Position numbers and translations under genes: made by a program. A stretch of DNA of 64,000 bases from Nitrospinota bacterium. GTDB lineage: Bacteria; Nitrospinota_A; UBA7883; JACRGQ01. The DNA is taken from assembly GCA_016212275.1 (NCBI GenBank), contig JACRGR010000032.1:367-64366 (forward strand). The letters run 5' to 3'. The notes beneath the pieces were generated by a model. The model was not told the origin of the DNA. It was given only the letters and a program-made list of their open reading frames with translations, and ran no database searches. Within the stretch, counting starts at the first letter, position 1, and each line of letters begins with the position of its first letter. Below are positions 17,808 to 27,291 of the stretch, one piece after another.

Positions 17808-20396
17808 CTACCCTTCCAGCGCCTCTTTGAGCTTGTGCAAAAAGTTGAGCGCGTCGAGCGGGGTCATCGAATTGGTATCCGCGTTCTTCAACAGTTCCAC
17901 CGCCGGGTGGCGGCGCGCGTCGAATAGCGAGATCTGCGGCTCGTCCGCGCTGTCCGCCCCTTTCAGCACCGGCTTGCCGTCCGCGCCGAACTCCATTTTT
18001 TCCAGTTGGCGCAGAACGGCGCGAGCACGTTTTAATACGTCCTTCGGCAATCCCGCCAGCCGCGCCACCTGTATGCCGTAGCTCTTGTCGGCTGGCCCCG
18101 CTTCCACTTTCCGCAAAAAAACCAGATGCTCGCGGTACTCTTTCACCGTGACGTTATGGTTGGAAACGCCCGGCTCGGTGAGCGCAAGGTCGGTCAGTTC
18201 GTGGTAATGCGTGGCAAACACGGTCCGCGCCTGCAGGCGCGCCAGGAATTCCGCCACCGCCCACGCTATCGAAATGCCGTCGAACGTGCTGGTGCCGCGC
18301 CCGATCTCGTCCAGCACCACCAGCGATTTGCCCGTGGCGTTGTTCAGGATGTTCGCCGTTTCCACCATCTCCACCATGAAAGTGGAAAGCCCCTTTTGCA
18401 AACGGTCCTGCGCCCCCACGCGGGTGAAGATGCGGTCCGCCACGCCGACGCGCGCGCTCTTGGCCGCCACATAGCTCCCCGCCTGCGCCATCAGAACCGC
18501 CAGCGCCACCTGCCGCAGGTAGGTGCTTTTGCCCGCCATGTTCGGTCCGGTGATGACCATAAGGCGCGGCGCGCCCTCGTCCATCTTGATGTCGTTCGGC
18601 ACGAAATTCTCTTCCGTCATCAGCCGCTCGATGACCGGATGGCGCGAATCTTCCAGCGCCAGTTCGTTCCCGTCCGTGACTGCCGGCGCGCAATAGCCGT
18701 GCAGGGCCGCCGCCTCCGCCAGAGCGGAGGCCACATCCAGCCGCGCCACGGCCGACGCCGCCGCGCGGACGCGCTCAAGGTATGTGGCGGTGGCGGCGCG
18801 CAGTTCTTCCGTCAGCCGCGTTTCTATCACCCGCGCGCGCTCCTCGGAAGAGACGAGCTTTTCCTCGATCTCCTTCAACTCCGGCGAGATGAACCGTTCG
18901 CAATTCACCAGCGACTGCTTGCGGATGTAGCCAGCCGGGACCTTCTCCGCGTGCTTGCTCGTCACCTCGATGTAGTAACCGTAGATTTTGTTGTAGCCGA
19001 TCTTGAGCGTGGAAATGCCGGTTGCGGCGCGCTCCTTCTCTTCCATCGCGCGGACAGCCCCCGCCGCGTTCTCCCTAAAAAACCGAATCTCGTCCAGTTC
19101 CGCGTTGTACCCTTTGCGGATGAAGCCGAGGTCCTTGAACGTGGCGGGATGGTTCGGGTTCACCGCTTTTTCCAACAGGGTTTTCAGATCATCCACGTTG
19201 TCCCATTTTTGCATGATGCCCGCCAGAGCCTCCATGCCGTCCACCGCAACGCGCAAGTCCGGCAGTTGCTTCAGCGAGCGCAAGAGCGACGAAAAGTCGC
19301 GCGGGGTGCAACTCTTCCCCGCGATCCGCCCGATGCATCGCTCGAAATCGCCGACATCGGACAATAGCGCGCGGTACTTCTCGCGCACCGCGCCATCGTC
19401 GAAGAACGCCGTCACCGCCCCCTGCCGTTCCATCACCCCCTTCGGGTCTTTCAACGGCTTCACCAGCCGCTCGCGCAAAAGGCGCGCTCCCATCGGGGTG
19501 CGGGTCTTGTCCAGCACTTCCACTAGCGTCCCTTCGCGTCCGCCGTCGGCTAGGTTTTGGAGTATCTCCAGATTGCGGAGCGTGGCGGCGTCCAGCTCCA
19601 TCTCCTCGCCGGGGTGTATCCAGCGCACTGCGGTTAGCGCGTTTAGCGCGTCCGGCGCGTTCTTCTTCACATACCAGACCACCGCCCCTGCCGAGGCAAT
19701 GGCCAACGCGCGCCCGGCAAGGCCGAAACCGTCCAGCGACGCGACGCCCAAATGCCCGGTGAGCCGCTTGCGCGCCTCTTCCTCATCGAACGCGAGGAAA
19801 TCGGCTTTTTCCAAACGATACCCTTCCAGCAAATTCTCCATTTCTTCCGGCGGTTCGGCGGGCAGGAGCACTTCGCGCGGGAGGATGCGCGCCAGTTCGT
19901 CCGCCAATTCCTCTCCCTTCTTCGGCCCGTGGAATTCGCGCGCGGTGAACGCGCCGGTCGAAAGGTCGGCGCAGGCAAGGCCGATGCCTTCCGCGTCGAA
20001 CGAGACGGCGGCCAGCAGGTTGGCCTGCTTTTCGTCCAGCAGGTAATCCTCGGTGAGCGTGCCGGGGGTGACGACGCGCACCACCTCGCGCCTCACGATC
20101 CCCTTTGCCTCTTTCGGGTCTTCCACCTGTTCGCAGATGGCAACCTTGTGTCCGGCCTTCACCATCCGCGCGAGGTACGTCTCCAGCGCATGATACGGCA
20201 CACCGCACATCGGTGTTTTGTCGGTATCCTCCCCCTTATCGCGCGAGGTGAGCGCGATGTTGAGCGCGCGCGCGGCCACCTTCGCGTCCTCGAAGAACAT
20301 TTCGTAGAAATCCCCCATGCGGAAAAAGAGCACGCAATCGGGGTACTGCTCTTTGATCGCCAGATACTGGCGCATGAGGGGGGTAAGCTGGCTCAT
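17808..20396 (-). CDS. mutS: DNA mismatch repair protein MutS
   Basis: FRMGDFYEMF, TGPNMAGKST, DEIGRGTST, ATHYHEL. Confidence 0.98.
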   Translation of the reverse strand: MSQLTPLMRQYLAIKEQYPDCVLFFRMGDFYEMFFEDAKVAARALNIALTSRDKGEDTDKTPMCGVPYHALETYLARMVKAGHKVAICEQVEDPKEAKGIVRREVVRVVTPGTLTEDYLLDEKQANLLAAVSFDAEGIGLACADLSTGAFTAREFHGPKKGEELADELARILPREVLLPAEPPEEMENLLEGYRLEKADFLAFDEEEARKRLTGHLGVASLDGFGLAGRALAIASAGAVVWYVKKNAPDALNALTAVRWIHPGEEMELDAATLRNLEILQNLADGGREGTLVEVLDKTRTPMGARLLRERLVKPLKDPKGVMERQGAVTAFFDDGAVREKYRALLSDVGDFERCIGRIAGKSCTPRDFSSLLRSLKQLPDLRVAVDGMEALAGIMQKWDNVDDLKTLLEKAVNPNHPATFKDLGFIRKGYNAELDEIRFFRENAAGAVRAMEEKERAATGISTLKIGYNKIYGYYIEVTSKHAEKVPAGYIRKQSLVNCERFISPELKEIEEKLVSSEERARVIETRLTEELRAATATYLERVRAAASAVARLDVASALAEAAALHGYCAPAVTDGNELALEDSRHPVIERLMTEENFVPNDIKMDEGAPRLMVITGPNMAGKSTYLRQVALAVLMAQAGSYVAAKSARVGVADRIFTRVGAQDRLQKGLSTFMVEMVETANILNNATGKSLVVLDEIGRGTSTFDGISIAWAVAEFLARLQARTVFATHYHELTDLALTEPGVSNHNVTVKEYREHLVFLRKVEAGPADKSYGIQVARLAGLPKDVLKRARAVLRQLEKMEFGADGKPVLKGADSADEPQISLFDARRHPAVELLKNADTNSMTPLDALNFLHKLKEALEG

Positions 20397-20400
20397 GGCG

Positions 20401-20883
20401 CTAGAAGCGGGAGAAGACTTCTTTCAGGCTGTCGTAAGTGGATTCGATGTGCTGGGGCATCACCTTCGTTTCCGCCAGCACCGGCATGAAGTTCGTGTCG
20501 CCGTTCCAGCGCGGCACCAGGTGCATGTGCAGATGGTCGGCGATCCCCGCCCCCGCCGCCGCGCCAAGGTTCATGCCCACGTTGAACCCCTGCGGATGGA
20601 AGCGCTCCGTTATCGCCGCCACGCTTTTTTGCGTGAGCGCCATCATCTCGGCCCCCTCGTCGGCGGTCAGTTCGGTGAGGTCGCCAAAATGGCGGTACGG
20701 CACCACCATCAGGTGTCCGTTGTTGTACGGGAACAGGTTGAGGATGATGTAATTGAGCTTTCCCCTATGGAGGATAAGGTTCTTCCTATCGTCGTTTTCC
20801 GCCACCTTGGCGCAGAATACGCACCCCTTCTCCTTTTCGTTCAAAATGAAATTCAGCCGCCACGGAGCCCACAGGAACTTCAT
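20401..20883 (-). CDS. HIT family hydrolase (Fhit/Ap4A-type)
   Basis: LWAPWR, CVFC, NLFPYNNGHLM, HLHMHLVPRW. Confidence 0.93.
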   Translation of the reverse strand: MKFLWAPWRLNFILNEKEKGCVFCAKVAENDDRKNLILHRGKLNYIILNLFPYNNGHLMVVPYRHFGDLTELTADEGAEMMALTQKSVAAITERFHPQGFNVGMNLGAAAGAGIADHLHMHLVPRWNGDTNFMPVLAETKVMPQHIESTYDSLKEVFSRF

Positions 20884-21314
20884 GCGCCATACACCGCGGT
20901 GAACAGGCGTTTTTGCTCGTCCGCCATTTCATGCGCGGCCCTCGCGCTTTTCTCATGATCGTACCCCATCAGGTGCAAAAGGCCGTGGATGAGCAGGAAA
21001 AGAGCTTCTTTCTCCATTGACCAGCCGGCTTTGGCGGCCTGTTTCCGCGCCACCGGGACCGAGATCACCACGTCCCCCAGCGTATCCGGTCCCGGCCCGC
21101 CCCCTGCGGGGAACGCCAGCACGTCCGTGGTTTTGTCCTTGCCGCGCCATTGGCGGTTGAGGGTTTTCATCTCGGCGTCGCCGGTGAAAAGAACGGAAAG
21201 CTCGCCGGGCGGATCACCCAACGCGCTTAATATTGACTGGAGCCTTTTGCGTATCCGGGCGGGACTCGGCGCCTTGACCCGCGGCCTTGAGGTTATCAGC
21301 ACTTTCGTCTTCAA
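20880..21314 (-). CDS. ybeY: rRNA maturation endoribonuclease YbeY
   Basis: LNRQWRGKDKTTDVLAF, HGLLHLMGYDH; start uncertain (TTG 21314 or GTG 21302), overlapping the upstream HD gene. Confidence 0.9.
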   Translation of the reverse strand: MKTKVLITSRPRVKAPSPARIRKRLQSILSALGDPPGELSVLFTGDAEMKTLNRQWRGKDKTTDVLAFPAGGGPGPDTLGDVVISVPVARKQAAKAGWSMEKEALFLLIHGLLHLMGYDHEKSARAAHEMADEQKRLFTAVYGA

Positions 21315-23730
21315 TCTTGTCTCCGGGATACTCCACCCTGTAGTGAAATATACCGTGAAGGATGCGGACAAAGCTATCCCCTATTTTGTTGATGTCGTGC
21401 AAGGTGAGGTGAGAATCGTCCAGCTGGCCGCTGACGAATTTGTCGTTGATGATCTTGGACACCAGCTGTTGCAGGCGGACCGACGCGGGGTTCTTCAGCG
21501 TGCGCGAGGCGGCCTCCACCGCGTCCGCCAGCGCCACGATGGCGGACTCGCGCGTGTGCGGCCTTCTGCCCGGATAGCGGAAATTCTGCTCGCTCACCGC
21601 GCCGTCTTTTTCCATCTCGCGCGCGCGGTGGTAAAAATACTGTATCACCTGCGTGCCGTGGTGCTCCGCTATCATGTCCTGTATCTGCGGAATGAGCTTG
21701 TGCTCCTTGGCCATCTCCAATCCCCTCGTCACATGCGAGGTGAGGATGAGGGCGCTCATGGTGGGGTTCAACGTGTCGTGCTTGTTCAGGCCGTCCCGCT
21801 GGTTCTCGATGAAGTATTCCGGCTTGTGCAGTTTGCCTATGTCGTGAAAATACGCGCCCACCCGCGCCAGTAGCGGGTTCGCGCCAATGGCTTCCGCCGC
21901 GTCCTCGGCCAGGTTCCCCACGATGATGCTGTGGTGATAGGTGCCGGGCGCCACCACCGCCATCTTTGCCAGCAGGGGGTGGTTGAGGTCCTGCAATTCC
22001 AAAAGCTTGATGTCGGACACGACGGGAAAAACGGATTCGATGAGCGGCGGGAGCGTGAGCACGAACATTACCGCGAGCACCGCCCCCAAAATGCCAAACA
22101 GAACGGCGTGGAACGATTCCATCATGAGCAACGAGCCGTCCATCAGTTTTATCATCACCAAGACCAAGGTGTTCACCGCCATCAGCCTGCCGCCCACACG
22201 CCACACTTCCGAGCGGCGGGTGATGCGTCCGGTGTGGAACACCGCCACAAGACCGCCCGCGAATGCGAACATCACATAGGCGTGCATTGGCTTGAAGAGG
22301 ATACCGGCGGAAACCGCCGTGACGATGGAAACAAGGACCGCCGCTTCGAGCGAAAAGAACATGGCGGCCAAAAGCGGGGCCACCGCGAACGGCGCGGCGT
22401 ACAGGTACGCGCCCAGCGCCGCGGCGGGGTTATGCGTGGCGAACACCTCCGCCGCCCCCCCGAACAGCCGCAACAGCGCCGCCTGCCCCACGAGGATGAT
22501 CGCCAACAACGCCACATTGGACCGCGCGGCGGCGAATTCCGGCATATAGATCCGCACATAAAAACCGCAGGCCATTATCACCAGCGCGATGAACAACAAC
22601 GTCCCGGCCAACGTCTGCGCGTTGCCGCCGAACCGCAGGCCGGACCGCATCCGCTCTATCTTCGCCAAGTGTTCGGGGGTGATCTTCTCCCCCTCCCGCA
22701 CCACCAGTTCCCCTTTTTTCACTTCGTAAGCGATGGGCGCGATCGCGTCGCGCACCTCTCTGCGGGACTCGATGGTGTGCGCCCGGTTGAAGGTGAGGTT
22801 CGGCGTGACCAGTTTTTCGGCGATGCCAACCACCCCTTTCTGGAGCGACAACGGTTGCGAGGCCATCAATTGGTCCAAGCGGGATTTCACGAATGCGCGT
22901 GCCCCCGCCACGTCCGCCACGTCCCGGTAGTCCATCACCCCGCCATTTTTGCCGGTGGCGAGGTCTATGATGGCAATGCCACTTTTGCTCGATACCGGGA
23001 GAAGTTTCAGGTCCGCCACCACGCCGGCCTGCATCGCTTCGGAAAGCGCGATGGAAAGCCACTCGGCGATATGCGGACGGTAGTGGTGGGCGCGGAGCAC
23101 CGCCGTGGTTTCGGCGGGAAGCGAAACGCCCAGCGCGGCGTGGAACGATTTTTCCACCGCCGCGAAATCCGGCGATTCCTCATACGCCCGCAACGCTTCA
23201 TGCGCCGCCAGCCGTGTCTCCGCCCCCGCCCCGGTGGCGGGGCCGAATTCCATCAACTCGCGCTCTTCTATTTCGCGCAACACATACCTGTAGGCAAGAG
23301 GTTGGTTCTTCAGGTATCCCTGCTGGACGATCCCGAACGCACGGCGTATCCGGTCAACCACCGTCCGCCCCGCCGCGGCGTCCAGGTCATAACTGTCTTG
23401 CACTTTCGCCGAGGCCTCGCTCCGTTTTTTCTCGGTGCTGGCCTCGTCCTCCACCGTGATGTCGGCGGGGGCGTAGATGTTCCGGTGCGCCACTTCCCCC
23501 TCGCTGAACACCTCGGATGAAAGGCGGCTGGACGGGATGAACACCGCCGCCGAAACGGCGAACACGATAACGCCGAACGCCGCGTAGAACCGCGGGCCGC
23601 TGGCGAAGATCTCCGCCAGCCCCTCCTTCAGGTTGTCAATGACGCGCCGCCGCCCGATGTAGATGTTCTTCAGTTGCTCGGCGCCCGCTTTGAGCTTTTT
23701 AGGTTTTTCTTTTCCGCCTTGGCCCGTCAT
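21214..23730 (-). CDS. 7TM-HD (HDIG) membrane phosphohydrolase, PgpH-like
   Basis: Extracellular domain, seven TM helices, APGTYHHS, YFHDIGK, EHHGT, ADAVEAASR; conserved phoH-HD-ybeY order. Confidence 0.93.
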   Translation of the reverse strand: MTGQGGKEKPKKLKAGAEQLKNIYIGRRRVIDNLKEGLAEIFASGPRFYAAFGVIVFAVSAAVFIPSSRLSSEVFSEGEVAHRNIYAPADITVEDEASTEKKRSEASAKVQDSYDLDAAAGRTVVDRIRRAFGIVQQGYLKNQPLAYRYVLREIEERELMEFGPATGAGAETRLAAHEALRAYEESPDFAAVEKSFHAALGVSLPAETTAVLRAHHYRPHIAEWLSIALSEAMQAGVVADLKLLPVSSKSGIAIIDLATGKNGGVMDYRDVADVAGARAFVKSRLDQLMASQPLSLQKGVVGIAEKLVTPNLTFNRAHTIESRREVRDAIAPIAYEVKKGELVVREGEKITPEHLAKIERMRSGLRFGGNAQTLAGTLLFIALVIMACGFYVRIYMPEFAAARSNVALLAIILVGQAALLRLFGGAAEVFATHNPAAALGAYLYAAPFAVAPLLAAMFFSLEAAVLVSIVTAVSAGILFKPMHAYVMFAFAGGLVAVFHTGRITRRSEVWRVGGRLMAVNTLVLVMIKLMDGSLLMMESFHAVLFGILGAVLAVMFVLTLPPLIESVFPVVSDIKLLELQDLNHPLLAKMAVVAPGTYHHSIIVGNLAEDAAEAIGANPLLARVGAYFHDIGKLHKPEYFIENQRDGLNKHDTLNPTMSALILTSHVTRGLEMAKEHKLIPQIQDMIAEHHGTQVIQYFYHRAREMEKDGAVSEQNFRYPGRRPHTRESAIVALADAVEAASRTLKNPASVRLQQLVSKIINDKFVSGQLDDSHLTLHDINKIGDSFVRILHGIFHYRVEYPGDKIEDESADNLKAAGQGAESRPDTQKAPVNIKRVG

Positions 23731-24713
23731 TCCGGCTCCCCCGCCTTTGATTCTTCCAGCCCCTCGTAGGCGCGGATGATCTTTTCCACCAGCGAATGGC
23801 GCACCACGTCGCGCCGCGAGAAGAAGATGATGTCTATCCCTTCCACCCCGGCGAGTATGTTGCGCGCCTCCACCAGCCCGGAAGGGCGCCCGCGCGGCAG
23901 GTCTATCTGCGTCACGTCGCCGGTGATGGCGGCCTTCGAGTTCGTGCCCAGCCGCGTCAAGAACATCTTCATCTGCTCCGAAGTGCAGTTTTGCGCCTCG
24001 TCCAGGATGATGAACGAATCGTTCAGCGTCCGCCCGCGCATGTACGCCAGCGGGGCCACTTCTATCTGCCCCTGCTCCATCATGGTGCGGAGCTTGTCCG
24101 GCCCCAACAGGTCGTAGATCGCGTCGTACAGAGGACGCAGGTACGGGGTGATCTTCTCGTTCAGGTCGCCCGGCAGGTATCCCAGGCTCTCCCCCGCCTC
24201 CACCGCGGGCCGGGTGAGCACGATGCGGGCGATCTTCTTTTTGAGGAGGTCGTTCACCGCCACCGCCATCGCCAGATACGTCTTGCCCGTCCCGGCGGGG
24301 CCGATGGCCACCACGATGTCGGTATTCAAAAGCGAGTGTACATAGCTCCGCTGGGCGATGGTGCGCGGAACAACGACTTTGCGCGCCGTTTGCACCCGCA
24401 CATCGTCCGAAAAAATGCGCGTGACCGAGTTTTCACCCCGGTTCTCGTAAAAATACCGGATGATGAACTTCATGTCGTCCGAGGGGATGGAGGCCCCTTT
24501 GGAGAGAAGTTCGTCCAGCTGGGCGAGCAGGTCGGACACCCGCTGAACCTCCGCCTCGCTCCCGGCGATGTTGATGGAGTCGTTGCGCGCCACAATCCCC
24601 ACGTTGAACACCTTTTCAATGAAGCGCAGGTGCTCGTCGTTGATGCCGCACAGATCGCGGAAATGCTCGAAATGGGGGATTTCGACCGTGCGCTTGCCGC
24701 TATCGGTAACTAT
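23727..24713 (-). CDS. phoH: PhoH family ATPase (YbeZ-like); start probably non-canonical (ATA 24713 or ATT 24716)
   Basis: GPAGTGKTYLA, RPAVEAGESLGYLPG, MRGRTL, DEAQN; frame open upstream of GTG 24611 encoding DLCGINDEHLRFIEK. Confidence 0.9.
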   Translation of the reverse strand: MVTDSGKRTVEIPHFEHFRDLCGINDEHLRFIEKVFNVGIVARNDSINIAGSEAEVQRVSDLLAQLDELLSKGASIPSDDMKFIIRYFYENRGENSVTRIFSDDVRVQTARKVVVPRTIAQRSYVHSLLNTDIVVAIGPAGTGKTYLAMAVAVNDLLKKKIARIVLTRPAVEAGESLGYLPGDLNEKITPYLRPLYDAIYDLLGPDKLRTMMEQGQIEVAPLAYMRGRTLNDSFIILDEAQNCTSEQMKMFLTRLGTNSKAAITGDVTQIDLPRGRPSGLVEARNILAGVEGIDIIFFSRRDVVRHSLVEKIIRAYEGLEESKAGEPE

Positions 24714-24981
24714 AATGCCGTCCTGAATGTTCGGCCGTCCGGGAGGCTATCTCCCCGCGCACCACGCCCGGCGAACCAATCCCCTTCTCCGGTTAAGGGG
24801 GGAACGAACCTTGTCAATGCATTAAATTCCGTTTCCAAGATTAGTTTGATTTTACCATACCGGGACCGATGAACCAAAGATTTCAATGGAAGAATTCGAT
24901 GGATAATACCTTAATGTTTATCAATAGGTTCTAGTCATTGGAGGAAGGTAAGCGCTGGCAGTTTGACCAATTTCCAACCCG

Positions 24982-25064
24982 CTATTTTGGGGACACAATA
25001 CTAAATTCACCCCTCCCTTTACCCTTTTCCCACATCTAATTTTAGTATTGTGTCCCCAAAATAG
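24982..25064. repeat. Perfect 24-bp inverted repeat (REP/MITE-like)
   Basis: ctattttggggacacaatactaaa (24982-25005) / tttagtattgtgtccccaaaatag (25041-25064). Confidence 0.88.
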
Positions 25065-25169
25065 GGGATGCGGCGGTTGACAATTATTACCCCCAGGTTT
25101 ATCCTTCCGTAAGAGGGAGAGGTTCTGATTAATTGGCACTGGGGCAAAGCCACTATTAGGGGGAATCTT

Positions 25170-25958
25170 ATGTTCTTGAAAAGGGGAATCGGGTATTCCG
25201 TTCTTGTCCTCTCTATGCTCGTGATCGCCTGCGCCACGACCTCACAAAATACCGAAGGGGTTAAGTCCGTCTCTCGCGGCATTGCAATCATGGTGGACGC
25301 CTCCACGGTGAACCAATCCACCATCGGCAATGACGACTTCCCGATAGCCGATAACCGGGCGGTTGCGGAGTTGACCGCTGGAACGGTAAAAACGGTTCTT
25401 GAGTCAAAGGGGATGACGTTGGCGGGAACGCCGCGGACCTCCATCGGCGCGCGCACCACTGGTTCCCAATACAAACTCATCAACCCCGATGGCACCAAAA
25501 CAGAGACCTCTGAAAGCGTTCAACCCCCTTTCGCCGCCTCGCCGGAACTGGACGTGAACGGGCGCAAACAACTGAACGAACTGTACCGTAGCCTGGTCCG
25601 CAAACATACCGCCCCCCTTGCCCCTCCCTCGCCGCCAACCTCCATTGACCCTTCCCTGTTGTCCAATGTGCAAGGTGACGGGGTGCTGGTGGTGATTTGC
25701 GAAGGACGCTCGCCCAGCGCGGGATCGCGCGCGGCGGCGGTGGGAACGGCTTTTGTGGCGGTGGTTGCGGCGGCCGCCGGAGGTTCCTCCGACGTTAAAG
25801 GAGAGATACGCACACAATCAAAAGCGGAGATTTACCTCATCAGGCGGAGCAACGGGGCGGTGCTGTGGCACGATGAAGAGGAGGCGCACGACCTCACCCC
25901 GCAATTTTTCGCCGAAAGCGTGAAGAGAATGCTGGAAAAGCTCCCTCGAGCGAACTAA
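25170..25958 (+). CDS. Hypothetical lipoprotein
   Basis: Lipobox-like VIAC after a hydrophobic stretch; GGGG SD; 262 aa. Confidence 0.75.
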   Translation: MFLKRGIGYSVLVLSMLVIACATTSQNTEGVKSVSRGIAIMVDASTVNQSTIGNDDFPIADNRAVAELTAGTVKTVLESKGMTLAGTPRTSIGARTTGSQYKLINPDGTKTETSESVQPPFAASPELDVNGRKQLNELYRSLVRKHTAPLAPPSPPTSIDPSLLSNVQGDGVLVVICEGRSPSAGSRAAAVGTAFVAVVAAAAGGSSDVKGEIRTQSKAEIYLIRRSNGAVLWHDEEEAHDLTPQFFAESVKRMLEKLPRAN

Positions 25959-25978
25959 CGGTAGCCCAATAGAGCGGA

Positions 25979-26007
25979 TGTCATCCTGAGCCGCAGGCGA
26001 AGGATCT
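25979..26007 (+). repeat. REP-like half element (TGTCATCCTGAG...GCGAAGGATCT family)
   Basis: tgtcatcctgagccgcaggcgaaggatct. Confidence 0.6.
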
Positions 26008-26074
26008 GCGATTATTTTCTATATTTGGATTTCGTTTTGTCCGGCCCCTCGTTTATAGTGGCGGGGAAGGAAAC

Positions 26075-26608
26075 ATGGAAATGAAGAATGTCATACCCGT
26101 AAAAACGGGAATACGGTGCGCGTTGACCGCAATCTGTTTTATCGTTCTTTCAGCGCATGGAGCGTTGGCGCACGAAAAACATAGCCACGGCGCTCCGGCA
26201 ACTCCCGCGCCGCCGCCGGACAACCCGCAAAAAGCGGCATTGGTCGCGATTGGCGCGCGCTACGCGGCGGAGATCGAGCCGGTGTTCAAGCGGGTCTGCT
26301 TCGACTGCCATTCAAGCAAAAACCGCTACCCGTGGTACTACGCCATCCCCGGTGCAAAACAGCTAATTGACTATGACATCCGCGAATCGCGCGAGCACCT
26401 GGACATGGATAAAGGGTATCCGTTTAAATCGCACGCCACCATGCGGGAGGACCTGGAGGAAATAGCCAAAACGGTGCGGAAAAATAAAATGCCGCCGTGG
26501 CGCTACCGCATCTTCCACCGCGAAGAGGCATTGACCGAAGCCGAGCGGGACAAAATCGTGACTTGGGCCGAAGAAAGCCTCAAGCAACTGGTCAACGCCG
26601 GAAAATAA
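26075..26608 (+). CDS. Exported haem-binding (Haem_bd) c-type cytochrome domain protein
   Basis: Signal peptide, CFDCHS, YPWYY, MPP motif. Confidence 0.85.
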   Translation: MEMKNVIPVKTGIRCALTAICFIVLSAHGALAHEKHSHGAPATPAPPPDNPQKAALVAIGARYAAEIEPVFKRVCFDCHSSKNRYPWYYAIPGAKQLIDYDIRESREHLDMDKGYPFKSHATMREDLEEIAKTVRKNKMPPWRYRIFHREEALTEAERDKIVTWAEESLKQLVNAGK

Positions 26609-26638
26609 TCCAGTATCCATTTGCTGACAATGCCCTCT

Positions 26639-26813
26639 GGTGGCACGGTCACTCTTGCCCGTGACGCGTCCATAGGACGCGCGCATTCCCTGCGCCTGAT
26701 TTGCTTGCGCCCACCAGGCGCCCTGTTTGCCAAGATGCGCACAGGACGAGGGTTGTGGTCAAAACAGTCATGACCGCACTGCGGTCATCGCGGACAAGAG
26801 TGTCCGCGCCACC
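26639..26813. repeat. REP-like inverted doublet (GGTGGCGCGGACACTCTTGTCCGCG family)
   Basis: ggtggcacggtcactcttgcccgtga ... tcgcggacaagagtgtccgcgccacc, with internal hairpin atgaccgcactgcggtcat. Confidence 0.75.
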
Positions 26814-26937
26814 GTAGAAATCGGAACAACATTTCAAGGCCCTTATCGAGAGTTCGCGGCCCTATCCGCCGACCAACAGTTTGACAAAATATCCCATATC
26901 GCTATAAGTTTTACCATTAATGAAGGAGATTACGGTC

Positions 26938-27237
26938 ATGAATAAGAAGATAACGCCGGTAACGCCGGGAGAGATTTTGTTGGAAGAATTCCTTATCCCG
27001 ATGGGAATAAGCCAGAACGCGCTGGCGCGGGCCATCGGGGTACACGCCCGCCGGATAAACGAGATCGTGCTTGGCAGGCGCGGGATAACGGGGGATACGG
27101 CCTTGCGGCTGGGGAGGTATTTCGGGATGGAACCCGAATTCTGGATGAACCTGCAAGCCAGCTACGATCTGCGTATGGCGCGGCGAAAGCTGGGAACCGC
27201 CTTGGAGAAGAAGGTGCGCCCCCGCGCCGCCGCGTGA
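26938..27237 (+). CDS. higA: HigA/VapI-family antitoxin (orphan)
   Basis: PVTPGEILLEEFLIPMGISQNALARAIGVHARRINEIVLGRRGITGDTALRLGRYFG; AAGGAG SD. Confidence 0.92.
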   Translation: MNKKITPVTPGEILLEEFLIPMGISQNALARAIGVHARRINEIVLGRRGITGDTALRLGRYFGMEPEFWMNLQASYDLRMARRKLGTALEKKVRPRAAA

Positions 27238-27291
27238 CGCATTATCTCCCCGGTTTCCTGTGAAAAATGGAATTGTCCAGCTAAAAATGGC

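Noticed and set aside
26665-26787. Transposase (RAYT) remnant between REP arms
   Set aside because: No HUH or other recognisable motif in the frames examined
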